From Dehalococcoidia bacterium (GTDB lineage: Bacteria > Chloroflexota > Dehalococcoidia > Lucifugimonadales > UBA2962): a stretch of DNA of 64,000 bases. A program made the position numbers and the translations under genes. Positions 1 through 9,960 of this stretch are shown piece after piece (within the stretch, counting starts at the first letter, position 1; each line of letters starts with the position of its first letter). The stretch is from NCBI GenBank assembly GCA_965116605.1, contig OZ220697.1, positions 1,852,766 to 1,916,765 of the forward strand, given 5' to 3'. The notes below the pieces were generated by a model. That model did not search any database. It saw only the letters and a list, made by a program, of their open reading frames with translations, and was not told the origin of the DNA.

Positions 1-5
1 ATCCA

Positions 6-1418
6 TTGGCACCGGCGAGCCGGTCTACATCCACATCGGAGGCTGTGCCCGGAGTGAGTTCCAATCTGCGAGGCCTGCCGAGCGTCGACAGGGTGCTGAT
101 GGACGAGCGGGTGCGGTCCCTCGCCGACGACCTGTCCCACGATGCCGTCGTCGCGCTGGTGCGCGACTGCCTGGGGCGTGCGCGGGCCAGGGTCGCCGGG
201 GGCGATCCCGCACCCGAGACCCACGCACTGGCGGCCGAGGTTATCGCCGACGCGGCCGCCTGGAGGTCGTGGCCGACGCGGATCATCAACGCGACGGGGG
301 TCGTGCTGCACACCAACCTCGGTCGTGCCCCGCTCAGCCAGTCCGCTTCGGCGGCGGCCTCCAGGGCCGCCGCGGGCTTTACCGACCTGGAGTACGAGTT
401 GGGAACCGGCAAGAGGGGCTCTCGCCAGGCCGTGGTGGAGGACCTGGTCCGACGGGTCACGGGGGCACAGGCCGCCCTGACCGTAAACAACAACGCATCG
501 GCCCTGCTGCTCGGCCTGATGGCCATTGCCCCGGGCAAGGAGGTCATCGTCTCGCGGGGAGAGGCGGTCGAGATCGGGGGGGGATTTCGCATACCCGACG
601 TACTTCGCAGCAGTGGCGCCAGGCTGGTGGAGGTCGGGACGACGAATCGAACCTACGTCGCGGACTACGAGTCCGCGATTTCGAGCGAGACGGGGGCGAT
701 CCTCGCGGTCCATGCGAGCAACTTTCGCACGGTGGGCTTCACGCACGCCCCGTCACTCCCCGAGCTCGTGGAATTGGGACGGCGCCACGGCCTGCCGGTG
801 CTCCACGATCTGGGCAGCGGCTGCCTGCTCGAAACGTCCGAATACGGCCTGGCACACGAGCCCATGCCCCAGGAGAGCCTCGCCGCCGAAGTCGACCTCG
901 CTTTCTTTTCCGGAGACAAGCTGCTGGGAGGACCCCAGAGCGGCCTGATAGCCGGAAGGAAACAGGCGGTAGATCGCCTGGCCAGGCACCCGGTGGCGCG
1001 GGCCGTCAGGGCAGACAAGATGAGCCTTGCCGCCCTGGCAGCCACACTTCTGCACTACCTGCGCGGGGAGGCGGCCGAGAAGATACCCGTCTGGAAGATG
1101 ATCTCCGCCTCGCCGGACGGGATCGCGAGGCGCGCGAGGCGATGGCAGGACACTGCCCCCGGCATCACCGATGTCGTCGAGAGCAGGTCGACCATAGGGG
1201 GAGGAAGCCTGCCTGGCGAGACGCTTCCGTCCTGGTCGCTCTCGATCGATCCGGGCGACGACGGTCCGGCCGCCCTTGCCTCCCGCCTGCGTGACATGCC
1301 CTTGCCGATCGTTGGCCGGATAGAGGACGGCCGGGTGCTCCTCGATCCCCGCACCGTGCTGCCCGAGGAGGATGCGGGGATGGTAGCGGGACTGAGGTCG
1401 CTCGTTGACGTCACGTGA
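6..1418 (+). CDS. selA: L-seryl-tRNA(Sec) selenium transferase (selenocysteine synthase); the start is near the window edge and may be 5'-incomplete
   Basis: N-terminus has LRGLPSVDRVL, like E. coli SelA LPAIDRLL. PLP-lysine motif FSGDKLLGGPQSGLIAGRK. Length of about 470 aa is typical for SelA. Confidence 0.88.
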   Translation: MAPASRSTSTSEAVPGVSSNLRGLPSVDRVLMDERVRSLADDLSHDAVVALVRDCLGRARARVAGGDPAPETHALAAEVIADAAAWRSWPTRIINATGVVLHTNLGRAPLSQSASAAASRAAAGFTDLEYELGTGKRGSRQAVVEDLVRRVTGAQAALTVNNNASALLLGLMAIAPGKEVIVSRGEAVEIGGGFRIPDVLRSSGARLVEVGTTNRTYVADYESAISSETGAILAVHASNFRTVGFTHAPSLPELVELGRRHGLPVLHDLGSGCLLETSEYGLAHEPMPQESLAAEVDLAFFSGDKLLGGPQSGLIAGRKQAVDRLARHPVARAVRADKMSLAALAATLLHYLRGEAAEKIPVWKMISASPDGIARRARRWQDTAPGITDVVESRSTIGGGSLPGETLPSWSLSIDPGDDGPAALASRLRDMPLPIVGRIEDGRVLLDPRTVLPEEDAGMVAGLRSLVDVT

Positions 1419-2778
1419 CCTGCGGCCTCCCCAGATGGACCTGTTTACGCAGCAGGGCGACAGGACGCTAGAGAGCAAGGCACCTCTCGCGGCGAGGATG
1501 CGGCCCAGGTCCTTCGAGGAGTTCTTCGGCCAGGAGCACCTTGTCGGACCCGGACACGTGCTCAGGAGCTCCATCGAGTCGGACCAGGTGCCGTCCATGA
1601 TCCTGTGGGGGCCTCCGGGATCCGGAAAGACCACTCTCGCCCTGCTCATCGCGGGTTTGACCGAGGCCCACTTCGAGCCGATAAGCGCGGTGGGAGCGGG
1701 CGTGGCGGACCTTCGCAGGGTCATCGGCCAGGCGCGCGAAAGACTCGGAATGGAACAGAGGCCCACGCTGCTGTTCGTCGACGAGATCCACCGCTTCAAC
1801 AAGTCCCAGCAGGACGTTGTGCTGCCGCACGTCGAGTCCGGAGTGGTCACACTCATCGGCGCCACGACCGAGAACCCTTCCTTCGAAGTGATCGGCCCCC
1901 TGTTATCCCGAACGCGGGTGTTCACGCTGAGGCCCCTGACCGACGAGCAGATCGGAACCATTCTCGCCAGGGCCGCGTCGGACCCGGAGCGCGGGATAGG
2001 GGCCCTTGCTCCACGCTTTGATGCCGACGCCAAAAGGGCTCTTGTGGCGTTTTCGGGCGGGGATGCGCGGGTGGCCCTGAACGCTCTGGAACTGTCGGTC
2101 ACCTCGGCCCCCGTGGACGAGGATGGGGTCAGGCACGTAACGCTCGAGATCGTCGAGCAGACGATGCAGCGCCGCTCGCCGCGCTACGACAAGGCGGGAG
2201 ATCAGCACTACGACACGATCTCGGCGTTCATAAAGTCCGTCAGGGGCTCGGACCCTGACGCGGCGGTCTACTGGCTGGCAAGGATGATAGAGGCGGGCGA
2301 GGACCCGATGTTCATCGCCAGGCGAATCGTCATCCTTGCGGCCGAAGATATCGGCCTCGCCGATCCGCAGGCTCTGTCCGTCGCGGTGGCGGCGCAGCAG
2401 GCCGTGCACTTCGTGGGCATGCCCGAGGGGAGAATCCCGCTCGCAGAGGCTACCGTCTACCTTGCCACCGCCCCCAAGTCCAACTCCGCCTACATGGCAA
2501 TCGACGAGGCGCTCAAGGATGCGGGAAAGACACCCAACGAGCCGGTACCACTGCACCTGCGCAACCCCGTCAGCAGCCTCATGAAGGCCGAAGGGTATGG
2601 CGAGGGCTACAGGTACTCACACGACTATGAGGACCACTTCAGCCCGATGGAGAACCTTCCCCCTAAACTGAGGGGGCGGAGCTACTACCATCCCTCAGAG
2701 CAGGGGGCCGAGAAGGAGGCCGGACGGCGGCACAGGTCCCGCTGGGAGGGGCCGGGAGACCGCGAACCTAGCGGTTGA
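1405..2778 (+). CDS. rarA: Replication-associated recombination protein A (AAA+ ATPase RarA/MgsA); the real start is possibly the ATG at 1435 (MDLFTQQ)
   Basis: Walker A motif WGPPGSGKTTLA, Walker B LFVDEIHRFNK, and the MgsA C-terminal region (YDxISAFIKSVRGSDPDAAxYWLARM). Confidence 0.9.
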   Translation: MTSRDLRPPQMDLFTQQGDRTLESKAPLAARMRPRSFEEFFGQEHLVGPGHVLRSSIESDQVPSMILWGPPGSGKTTLALLIAGLTEAHFEPISAVGAGVADLRRVIGQARERLGMEQRPTLLFVDEIHRFNKSQQDVVLPHVESGVVTLIGATTENPSFEVIGPLLSRTRVFTLRPLTDEQIGTILARAASDPERGIGALAPRFDADAKRALVAFSGGDARVALNALELSVTSAPVDEDGVRHVTLEIVEQTMQRRSPRYDKAGDQHYDTISAFIKSVRGSDPDAAVYWLARMIEAGEDPMFIARRIVILAAEDIGLADPQALSVAVAAQQAVHFVGMPEGRIPLAEATVYLATAPKSNSAYMAIDEALKDAGKTPNEPVPLHLRNPVSSLMKAEGYGEGYRYSHDYEDHFSPMENLPPKLRGRSYYHPSEQGAEKEAGRRHRSRWEGPGDREPSG

Positions 2779-3712
2779 CCACCCCTGACATGAAGCGCTC
2801 CATCGACTCGAGGAGCTGCGCCGGGCGCTCGCCGGGGAAGGTCCAGAAGACGTTGCTTACGCCCGCCTCCTCGAAGCGACTGATATCGTCCGCTATCTGC
2901 CCATCGGTGCCGGTGAATGCCTTTCGCTCACCGCCGGCTATCATCTCAGCCTCGCGCCGGTCGTAGACACCCGCGTGGTAGGTGATCTCAATATCGGATG
3001 GATTCCTGCCCGCCTCCAGCGCCAGGGCATGGAGCCGGTCAAGGGACGCCCTGAAGGCCTTAAGGGTGTGCATCGGGTACGCGGTGCGATAACTGATCGG
3101 GTACCAGCCGTCGCCGTGTCTCGCCGCCCGCCTGACCGCGGGTGGACTCTCTCCACCGATCCATATGGGCGGATGGGGCACCTGCACCGGCTTTGGCTCA
3201 AAGGCTATGTCCGAGAAGGCCACGTAGTCTCCCCGGAACTCGGGGTCCTCAGCCCTCCACAGTTCCCTGAAGACTGCCAGATACTCGTCGGTCACCCGCC
3301 CCCGCTCGGCGAACGGCGGCGCACCGAGGGCCTCGAACTCCTCCTTCATCCACCCGACGCCGACGCCGACCGTCAGGCGGCCGCCCGACAGCACGTCTAT
3401 GGTCGAGAGAACCTTGGCCGTGTGCACGGCGGCCCTGTAGGGCACCACCATTACCGAGGAGACCAGGCGAACCCTGGAGGTGACGCCGGCGAGAAAGCTG
3501 AGGGTCGTCAGTAGCTCAAGGAAGCTATCGCCGAACGGGGCAGAGCCATCGGGCGTGTAGGGATACGCCGAGGCAATGGAGGTGGGCACGACTATGTGAT
3601 CGGAGGTATAGGCGTGGGAAAATCCCATCTCTTCACCGCCCCGGGCTATGACGCCGATCGAGTCGGGATCGGCCATCGGTCCGGTGACGGGGACGTCGAA
3701 TCCGAAATTCAC
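2768..3712 (-). CDS. Luciferase-like monooxygenase (LLM) family oxidoreductase, probably F420-dependent
   Basis: 314-aa ORF with a typical LLM N-terminus (MNFGFDVP..., GFSHAYTSDHIV), a TIM-barrel-sized length, and LTVGVGVGW. Confidence 0.75.
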   Translation of the reverse strand: MNFGFDVPVTGPMADPDSIGVIARGGEEMGFSHAYTSDHIVVPTSIASAYPYTPDGSAPFGDSFLELLTTLSFLAGVTSRVRLVSSVMVVPYRAAVHTAKVLSTIDVLSGGRLTVGVGVGWMKEEFEALGAPPFAERGRVTDEYLAVFRELWRAEDPEFRGDYVAFSDIAFEPKPVQVPHPPIWIGGESPPAVRRAARHGDGWYPISYRTAYPMHTLKAFRASLDRLHALALEAGRNPSDIEITYHAGVYDRREAEMIAGGERKAFTGTDGQIADDISRFEEAGVSNVFWTFPGERPAQLLESMERFMSGVVNR

Positions 3713-3805
3713 TCGATCTGTCCTTCCCTCCTGACCCCCTCGGTCCCCGGTTCCTTCGCCCTGCTCCGACCCCGGATGTGCCGGTCAGTCGCTTCCGGCA
3801 AGGGG

Positions 3806-4903
3806 CTAAAAGGCGGCGAATTCCCTGAACGTGTCGTCGATAACGTCCAGGGCGTGGTCGATGTCGTCGGAGGTTATGCCGTAGTGGGTGACGAATCTCC
3901 AGCCCGCTGGCAGCGACAGGGCCCTTACTCCCCTCTCATCCAGCTTGTTCAGGATCTCGGTCGGGTTCTTGGCCGAGACGTGGCAGAAAACCAGGTTGGT
4001 GGGGTTGGCGTCAGGGTCACATTCGACGCCGTCTATCCCGCTGAGCCCCACGGCCAGCTTGCGCGCGTTGGCGTGGTCTTCGGCCATCCTTTCCACCATC
4101 GAATCGAGGGCGACCACCCCGGCGGCGGCGATCACTCCGACCTGCCTCATGCCGCCGCCAAGGGCCTTTCGCCACTTGCGTACCTTCTCTATGTCCTCGT
4201 GGCCGCCTACAACCACGGAACCTATCGGGCACGAGAGGCCCTTTGACAGGCAGAAGGATGTCGTGTCGGCTTCCCTGACCAGCTCTGCCACCGGCGTCTC
4301 CAGGGCGACGGCCGCGTTGAAGATGCGCGCACCGTCGACGTGGAACTTTATGCCGTGCTCCCTGGCGACCGCCGCAACGCTTCCGACCTCCTCGGGGGTG
4401 AGTGCGGTGCCGCCGGCCTGGTTGTGGGTGTTCTCCATGCCGATGAGCCTGGTCGGCGGGTAGTGGATGTTATCCGGCCTGATCTTCGCCCTCACCTCGT
4501 CGGGGTCGATCATCCCCCGCTCGTCGTTTCGCACGGTCTGAACGGCGATCCCCCCGAAGGCAGAGTGGGCGCCGGCCTCGGCGTTGAACATGTGGGACTT
4601 GTCGCCCACTATCATCTCGTCGCCGCGGGTGCAGTGAGCCATCCCCGCCGCGACGTTACCCATCGTCCCGCTGGCCACGAATGTGGCGTCCTCCTTGCCA
4701 AATATCTCGGCCGCCATGGCCTCAAGCCGGTTGACGGTGGGATCCTCCCCGAACACGTCGTCGCCCAGCTCGGCTTCGAACATGGCACGCTTCATTTCGG
4801 GGCTAGGATGCGTGACCGTATCGCTGCGTAGGTCGACGACCCTGGCGCCGTCGCCCGGACCTTCATTGGCCTGTCCGGTGCTCGAGGAGTATCCGCCGCG
4901 CAT
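3806..4903 (-). CDS. ltaE: Low-specificity L-threonine aldolase (PLP-dependent)
   Basis: DLRSDTVTHPSPEMKRAM...GDDVFGEDPTVNRLE...ASGTMGN matches the LtaE N-terminus. I chose the ATG at 4903 because AGGAGAGGA lies 7 nt upstream. The track ORF extends to 4969. Confidence 0.85.
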   Translation of the reverse strand: MRGGYSSSTGQANEGPGDGARVVDLRSDTVTHPSPEMKRAMFEAELGDDVFGEDPTVNRLEAMAAEIFGKEDATFVASGTMGNVAAGMAHCTRGDEMIVGDKSHMFNAEAGAHSAFGGIAVQTVRNDERGMIDPDEVRAKIRPDNIHYPPTRLIGMENTHNQAGGTALTPEEVGSVAAVAREHGIKFHVDGARIFNAAVALETPVAELVREADTTSFCLSKGLSCPIGSVVVGGHEDIEKVRKWRKALGGGMRQVGVIAAAGVVALDSMVERMAEDHANARKLAVGLSGIDGVECDPDANPTNLVFCHVSAKNPTEILNKLDERGVRALSLPAGWRFVTHYGITSDDIDHALDVIDDTFREFAAF

Positions 4904-4977
4904 GCCGTTCCTCTCCTGTATAGTGGGATAGATCGGAAGTCGGCCCATTCTAGCAACCCCCCCAATCAAATGCTATA

Positions 4978-5631
4978 GTGGCCGTTGCCATGCGGCAGAC
5001 GGCCATCCAGTTCTACAGCAAAGGGATGGCGGTCGAGGGCGTGCTTTCAATGCCCGAGCGGGGCACTTCGGACCCCGGAATCGTCGTGGCGTGCCACCCG
5101 CATCCGATGCTGGGCGGAGACATGGACAACCGGGTCGTGGTTGCGGTGTGTCGAGCCGTCGACGGGTACGGCCTTGCCTCACTGAGATTCAACTTCCGGG
5201 GCGTCAAGGGATCGGAGGGCAGGTTCAGCAACGGCCCGGGAGAGCGGGATGACCTGGTGGCGGCCGTTGGCGCCATGAGACGCTGGCCCGGAGTGAACGG
5301 TGGACGGATGGCGGTGGCGGGCTATTCCTTCGGGGCGGGGGTCGCGCTCGCGGCGATGGGCCAACTCAAGGCTGTCAAGGCCTTCGCGGCGATAGCTCCG
5401 CCCGTCTCATCCGTGCGCTCGATCGCCGGCTCGAAGATGAAAAGGTCCACCATGTTCGTTGCGGGCTCGCAGGATCGCATCGCGCCCCCCCTGGAACTGC
5501 AGCGCGAGCTCGACGGCGTCAGGGGACCGGTGAACTACGCAGAGCTATCGGGCGCCGACCACTCCCTCACCGGCCGGGAAGGTGAGGCCGCCGACCTGGT
5601 GGCGAGATTCCTGGCCGACACGCTCGCCTAG
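4978..5631 (+). CDS. Alpha/beta-hydrolase fold protein (dienelactone-hydrolase/KANL3-like)
   Basis: 217 aa. It has HPHPMLGGDMDNxVV and a GYSFGAG nucleophile-elbow-like motif. Confidence 0.6.
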   Translation: MAVAMRQTAIQFYSKGMAVEGVLSMPERGTSDPGIVVACHPHPMLGGDMDNRVVVAVCRAVDGYGLASLRFNFRGVKGSEGRFSNGPGERDDLVAAVGAMRRWPGVNGGRMAVAGYSFGAGVALAAMGQLKAVKAFAAIAPPVSSVRSIAGSKMKRSTMFVAGSQDRIAPPLELQRELDGVRGPVNYAELSGADHSLTGREGEAADLVARFLADTLA

Positions 5632-5667
5632 GACAGCAAAGCTGATCGCAAGCTCCAGGAGGAAGAT

Positions 5668-7065
5668 TTGAGCGCCGAGACCAGGACCGAGAGAGATTCG
5701 ATGGGTACCTTCGAGGTACCGGCCGACGCCTACTACGGCGCCAACACCATGAGGGCGGTCGTCAACTTCCCCATCAGCGACCTGCGCTTTCCCCGATCGT
5801 TCATACGGGCAATCGGAGAGATCAAGAGGGCGGCAGCCCGGGTCAACGTCGATCTGGGCCTGCTCGATCCCGCCCTGGCCGAGGCGATCATCGCGGCCGC
5901 CGACGATGTCATAGCCGGCGACCTGGACGACCAGTTCGTGGTCGACATCTTTCAGACGGGCTCGGGCACATCGACCAACATGAACGCGAACGAGGTCATC
6001 TCCAACCGGGCGATCGAGCGGCTCGGCGGAGTTCTCGGCTCGCGAGACCCGGTCCATCCAAATGACCACGTGAACCTTGGTCAATCCTCCAACGACGTCG
6101 TTCCCACTGCGATCCACGTCGCGGCCCTAAAGGCGGTTGCCGACGACCTGATCCCGGCGCTCGAGCACCTTCAGGCAGCCCTGCACGGCAAGTCGCTCCA
6201 ATTCATGGACGTGGTCAAGACCGGCCGCACTCACCTGCAGGACGCTACGCCCGTGCGCCTGGGACAGGAGTTTCTGGGCCATGCCGGAATGGTAGAGCGC
6301 GGCGTCCGTCGGGTGCGGGCGGCGACGGTGGGCCTGACGGAGGTGGCGCTGGGCGGCACCGCTGTGGGCACCGGGGTCAATACGCATCCCGAATTCGCCC
6401 GGAGGGTCTGTGCCCGGCTGTCGGAGTCGATGGGAATCGAGGTTGTCGAGTCCGACAATCACTTCCAGGCTCAGAGCACTCTCGACGGTGTGGTCGAGAT
6501 GAGCGGGGCCCTCAGGTCAGTCGCTGTGAGCCTGACGAAGATCGCCAACGATGTTCGGTGGCTGGGATCGGGTCCACGCGCAGGTATCGGGGAGATCGAG
6601 CTGCCGGAGGTGCAGCCCGGAAGCTCGATCATGCCGGGAAAGGTGAACCCCGTGATCGCAGAGTCGGTCTGCATGGCGGCCGCGCAGGTGATGGGCAACG
6701 ACGCCACCGTGATGATCGCCGGGCAGTCGGGCAACTTTCAGCTCAACGTCATGATGCCGGTGGCCGCCCACAACCTCCTTCAGTCCATCGAGCTCCTGGC
6801 CGCTTCGGCGCGCAACTTCAGCGCCCAGTGCGTGGAGGGATTGATCGCCACTAGGAAGGGTCCGGACATGGTCGAGCGTGGACTGGCCATCGTGACCACT
6901 CTGGTGCCCGTCATCGGCTACGACGCGGCGGCGGCGATCGCAAAGGAGGCGCAAAGAACCGGGAGGACGGTGCGAGAGGTCGCAAGGGAGCAGACCGACC
7001 TGGCGGAGGCCGACCTTGACAGGATCCTGGATCCGTCGCGCATGACCGAGCCCACTTCCGGCTAG
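5668..7065 (+). CDS. aspA: Class II fumarase/aspartase family lyase, closest by motifs to aspartate ammonia-lyase
   Basis: GSGTSTNMNANEV and the SS-loop GSSIMPGKVNPVIAE (PV as in aspartases, versus PT in FumC). N-terminal VPADAYYG...NFPIS is aspartase-like. Confidence 0.7.
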   Translation: MSAETRTERDSMGTFEVPADAYYGANTMRAVVNFPISDLRFPRSFIRAIGEIKRAAARVNVDLGLLDPALAEAIIAAADDVIAGDLDDQFVVDIFQTGSGTSTNMNANEVISNRAIERLGGVLGSRDPVHPNDHVNLGQSSNDVVPTAIHVAALKAVADDLIPALEHLQAALHGKSLQFMDVVKTGRTHLQDATPVRLGQEFLGHAGMVERGVRRVRAATVGLTEVALGGTAVGTGVNTHPEFARRVCARLSESMGIEVVESDNHFQAQSTLDGVVEMSGALRSVAVSLTKIANDVRWLGSGPRAGIGEIELPEVQPGSSIMPGKVNPVIAESVCMAAAQVMGNDATVMIAGQSGNFQLNVMMPVAAHNLLQSIELLAASARNFSAQCVEGLIATRKGPDMVERGLAIVTTLVPVIGYDAAAAIAKEAQRTGRTVREVAREQTDLAEADLDRILDPSRMTEPTSG

Positions 7066-7091
7066 CGGATCGACGGAAGAGGCGGGACGAA

Positions 7092-8369
7092 CTACGAGCG
7101 ACTAATTCTCGAGAGGACCAACCGTCTCTCTTCGTCCAGGCTTGTGACCTCTCCATCCAGCCGGGCGTAGAGTAGTTCCCTTAGCAATCGCCCGACGGCG
7201 GGCCCCTCGGGCACTCCCATCCCCAGAAGATCCTTGCCCGTAAGTTCCGGGGCCGTGTCCGCAAGAGACTCCAGATAGTTGGCCATGGTCTCCCGGTGCA
7301 CGCCGTCCGGCGTCACGGCGGCGCACGCCCTGATCGAGGCCCTGGACCTTGGGGAAAGGAGCGCGTAGACCTCGCTGGGTCTGGCAGGAGCCGTTCCGGC
7401 AGGCCAATCCATGCTCTTGATCGCCTCCACGTCCACAACGACCCTGGTTGCCCGGGAGCCCAGGTTCAGCCTCTCTGCCAGCGCCCGAGCCCGCCCCGGT
7501 GGCAACGAGCAGGCGATAAGTCCGATCCATTCGTCCCATCCCCAGGTTCCTTCAGGGAAGCGGGCCGAAGAGAAGATGCCGGGGTCGGCCCCCATGTCGG
7601 GGAACACCGCCTCCAACACGCCCAGACGACCCGCAAGTTCCAGTACGCGGCCGGCCTCCGCCTCGTCGAAGATGCGCTCGAGCTCGTGTCGGACCCTGTC
7701 GCCGGAAAGCCTGTCCACGTATACCAGCGCTTCCCCCATCAGGCTGGCCGTTCTCTCCTCGATCGCGAAACCCAGCCGAGTCGCATATCTAACGGCGCGG
7801 AAAATGCGTGTGGGATCGTCTATGAAGCTCCCGGGATGAAGGACCCGCACGAGCCCGCGCTCGATGTCGCCCCTGCCGCAGAACGGGTCTATCAGGTCGC
7901 CCCAGGACAGGGCGGATCCCGCAGGTGGCGCCATGACCATGCACATTGCCCCGATCGAAAAGTCCCGTCTCGCCAGGTCTTGATCGAGCGTCCCGGGCCT
8001 TGTCTGCGGCAGTGCGCCGGGTTCGCTGTAGGTCTCCGATCGGGAGGTGACCAGATCGATCTCCATTGCCGGCCCGCGGTCGGAGCCGGTGGCGGGCACA
8101 AGCAACTTGAAGGTTCCAAACAGAGAGCTGGCGACGAATCGACCGCCGAGCTCCCCTGCCAGCCGGGCGGCAAAGCGTCGGTCAACCCGTGGCCCGGCCA
8201 TGTCCAGGTCGGGATCGGGACCGAGTCGGCCCATTATCAGGTCCCGAACGGCCCCGCCGACCAGATACAGATCAACTCCCCCGCGGCACGCTACGTCCGC
8301 ACAGGTTCGAAGAACCCGCATCCGGTCTTGATGCAGCAGGGACTCAAGTCCGGACGCCAGGCTCGTCAT
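7092..8369 (-). CDS. cca: CCA tRNA nucleotidyltransferase / poly(A) polymerase family protein
   Basis: LYLVGGAVRDLIMGR motif, followed by RRDFSIGAM and IDDPTRIFRAVRYATRLGF. Confidence 0.8.
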   Translation of the reverse strand: MTSLASGLESLLHQDRMRVLRTCADVACRGGVDLYLVGGAVRDLIMGRLGPDPDLDMAGPRVDRRFAARLAGELGGRFVASSLFGTFKLLVPATGSDRGPAMEIDLVTSRSETYSEPGALPQTRPGTLDQDLARRDFSIGAMCMVMAPPAGSALSWGDLIDPFCGRGDIERGLVRVLHPGSFIDDPTRIFRAVRYATRLGFAIEERTASLMGEALVYVDRLSGDRVRHELERIFDEAEAGRVLELAGRLGVLEAVFPDMGADPGIFSSARFPEGTWGWDEWIGLIACSLPPGRARALAERLNLGSRATRVVVDVEAIKSMDWPAGTAPARPSEVYALLSPRSRASIRACAAVTPDGVHRETMANYLESLADTAPELTGKDLLGMGVPEGPAVGRLLRELLYARLDGEVTSLDEERRLVLSRISRS

Positions 8370-8432
8370 GGCAGGAGCGCTATTCGGGCCCGGAAATCAA
8401 AGAGAGCGCCGAGCCTGTGAAACGGCTGGACC

Positions 8433-9257
8433 CTAGGTCGAAGAGGCCGCCTTGACCCTGTCCAAGTATGCCTGCGCACCGGCCATTAGCCAGGGCGTCC
8501 AGGAGACGCTGAGGAATCTGGCGCCCAACCCTATGTAGTGATCCACCGTCGAGTCGCTCACCAGTGTCCCGGCGACCCGGCCCGCCTCGCTGATCTGCCT
8601 GAGTGAGTGCTCCACGGTGGCCACGACCTCGGGATGATCGTATTCCCCGGCGTATCCCATGCTCTGGGCCAGATCCCCGGGAGCCACGAAGAACACGTCG
8701 ATGTGATCGACCTCGAGTATCTCCGGCAGGTTTCGCACCGAGACAATGTCCTCGACGAGCACCACGACCATCGTCTCTTCATTGGCCTTCTTCACGTAGT
8801 CGGCAACGCCTATGCCCTGGCGACTGGTGAACATGCCGCGGTGCCCGATGGGACCGAACTTGGCGGCGTCGACCACCGCCCTTGCCTCCTCGGCGGTGTT
8901 TACATGCGGGACCGCCACTCCCATCGCCCCCGAGTCGAACGTCCTGTAGATGACGCCCGGGTTTATCTGATTCACCCGGACTATCGAGGTCCTGCCCCAG
9001 AGATCGCACGCCCGGGTCAGGTCGGGTATGTCGGCAAAGTCGACCGGCCCATGCTCGGCCTCGAGCCAGATGGCATCAAACTCCAGCTGGCAGAGGTGCT
9101 CTATCAGATCGGCATTGATCGGGCCGAGGGCCACCGAGACGATTCCGCCCTGCTCCAGCTTTCGCTTTGCCCGATTGGGCCTCAGTTCCGCCACTTTGAT
9201 CAGCCTCGCTGCCCGCAAAATCGCCCCAGCCGGTGCCGGGGCACTAGGGCGGCGCAA
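8433..9257 (-). CDS. HpcH/HpaI family aldolase (2-keto-3-deoxy-acid aldolase/citrate-lyase beta-like); start uncertain
   Basis: FDAIWLEAEHGPVDF, VRVN, and GVAVPHVNTAEEA are typical of the HpcH/HpaI family. Length is about 270 aa. Confidence 0.75.
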   Translation of the reverse strand: MRRPSAPAPAGAILRAARLIKVAELRPNRAKRKLEQGGIVSVALGPINADLIEHLCQLEFDAIWLEAEHGPVDFADIPDLTRACDLWGRTSIVRVNQINPGVIYRTFDSGAMGVAVPHVNTAEEARAVVDAAKFGPIGHRGMFTSRQGIGVADYVKKANEETMVVVLVEDIVSVRNLPEILEVDHIDVFFVAPGDLAQSMGYAGEYDHPEVVATVEHSLRQISEAGRVAGTLVSDSTVDHYIGLGARFLSVSWTPWLMAGAQAYLDRVKAASST

Positions 9258-9270
9258 TTATACTCAACGC

Positions 9271-9780
9271 ATGACCCACCCGCGAGCCGATGTGAACTAC
9301 TGCCAGACGTGTGGCGCGGAGTTGTCGAAAAGGCTTGTAGAGGGCATCGAGCGGCCCTTCTGCGAGCCGTGCGGTCGCACATACTTTCTGGACCCCAAGG
9401 TCGCCGTGGTGGTCGTCACCTCCGAGAAGGACATGGTGCTGATGGTCCGTCGCGGCGTCCAGCCGGCGCTCGGTGAATGGAGCTTTCCATCCGGCTACGT
9501 GGACCGCGGCGAGGCGGTGGAGGACGCGGCGAGGCGGGAGGTACTTGAGGAGACGGGCCTGGAGGTCCAGCTGACCAGGCTGGTCGGCGTCTACTCGCGC
9601 GCGGGGAGCCCGATCATCCTGGTCGTCTTCGACGGAGTCATCACCGGGGGTGTGCCAAGGCCCGGGCACGACGTCCAAGAGGTGCGTCGATTCCACAAGT
9701 ACGGGCTTCCAGGACTGCCCTTCCCGCACGATGTCAGCATACTGGCCGACTGGAGCGCGGGCCTGGGGCGCGACCTCTGA
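9271..9780 (+). CDS. NUDIX hydrolase with an N-terminal zinc-ribbon
   Basis: CQTCG...CEPCG zinc-ribbon, then the NUDIX box GEWSFPSGYVDRGEAVEDAARREVLEETG. The track ORF (from 9028) overlaps the divergent aldolase gene, so I use the internal ATG at 9271. Confidence 0.85.
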   Translation: MTHPRADVNYCQTCGAELSKRLVEGIERPFCEPCGRTYFLDPKVAVVVVTSEKDMVLMVRRGVQPALGEWSFPSGYVDRGEAVEDAARREVLEETGLEVQLTRLVGVYSRAGSPIILVVFDGVITGGVPRPGHDVQEVRRFHKYGLPGLPFPHDVSILADWSAGLGRDL

Positions 9781-9960
9781 CCTGTCCACCTTCCATGGAG
9801 CTGGACCAGGCGAATGAGGAGTTATGATATAAGGTATCGCTTGAGGCTCCCACATCTTGCATATCTCCCGTGGATGGATAGAAGCCAGACGCCCGGCCCC
9901 GGAGGGGAGCCGGGATGTTAAGACGTCGTCAGGACGGCCTGGCGGAGGAGGTGATCCCAA

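Noticed and set aside
753-2102. Very long antisense or out-of-frame ORFs throughout the track (e.g. 753-2102 minus, 7296-8420 plus, 25499-26506 minus, 60930-61922 plus, 14400-15665 plus)
   Set aside because: They lie opposite or out of frame to genes with clear family motifs. Their products are Arg/Pro/Gly/Ala-rich with no motifs. Long stop-free shadow frames are expected in GC-rich DNA.
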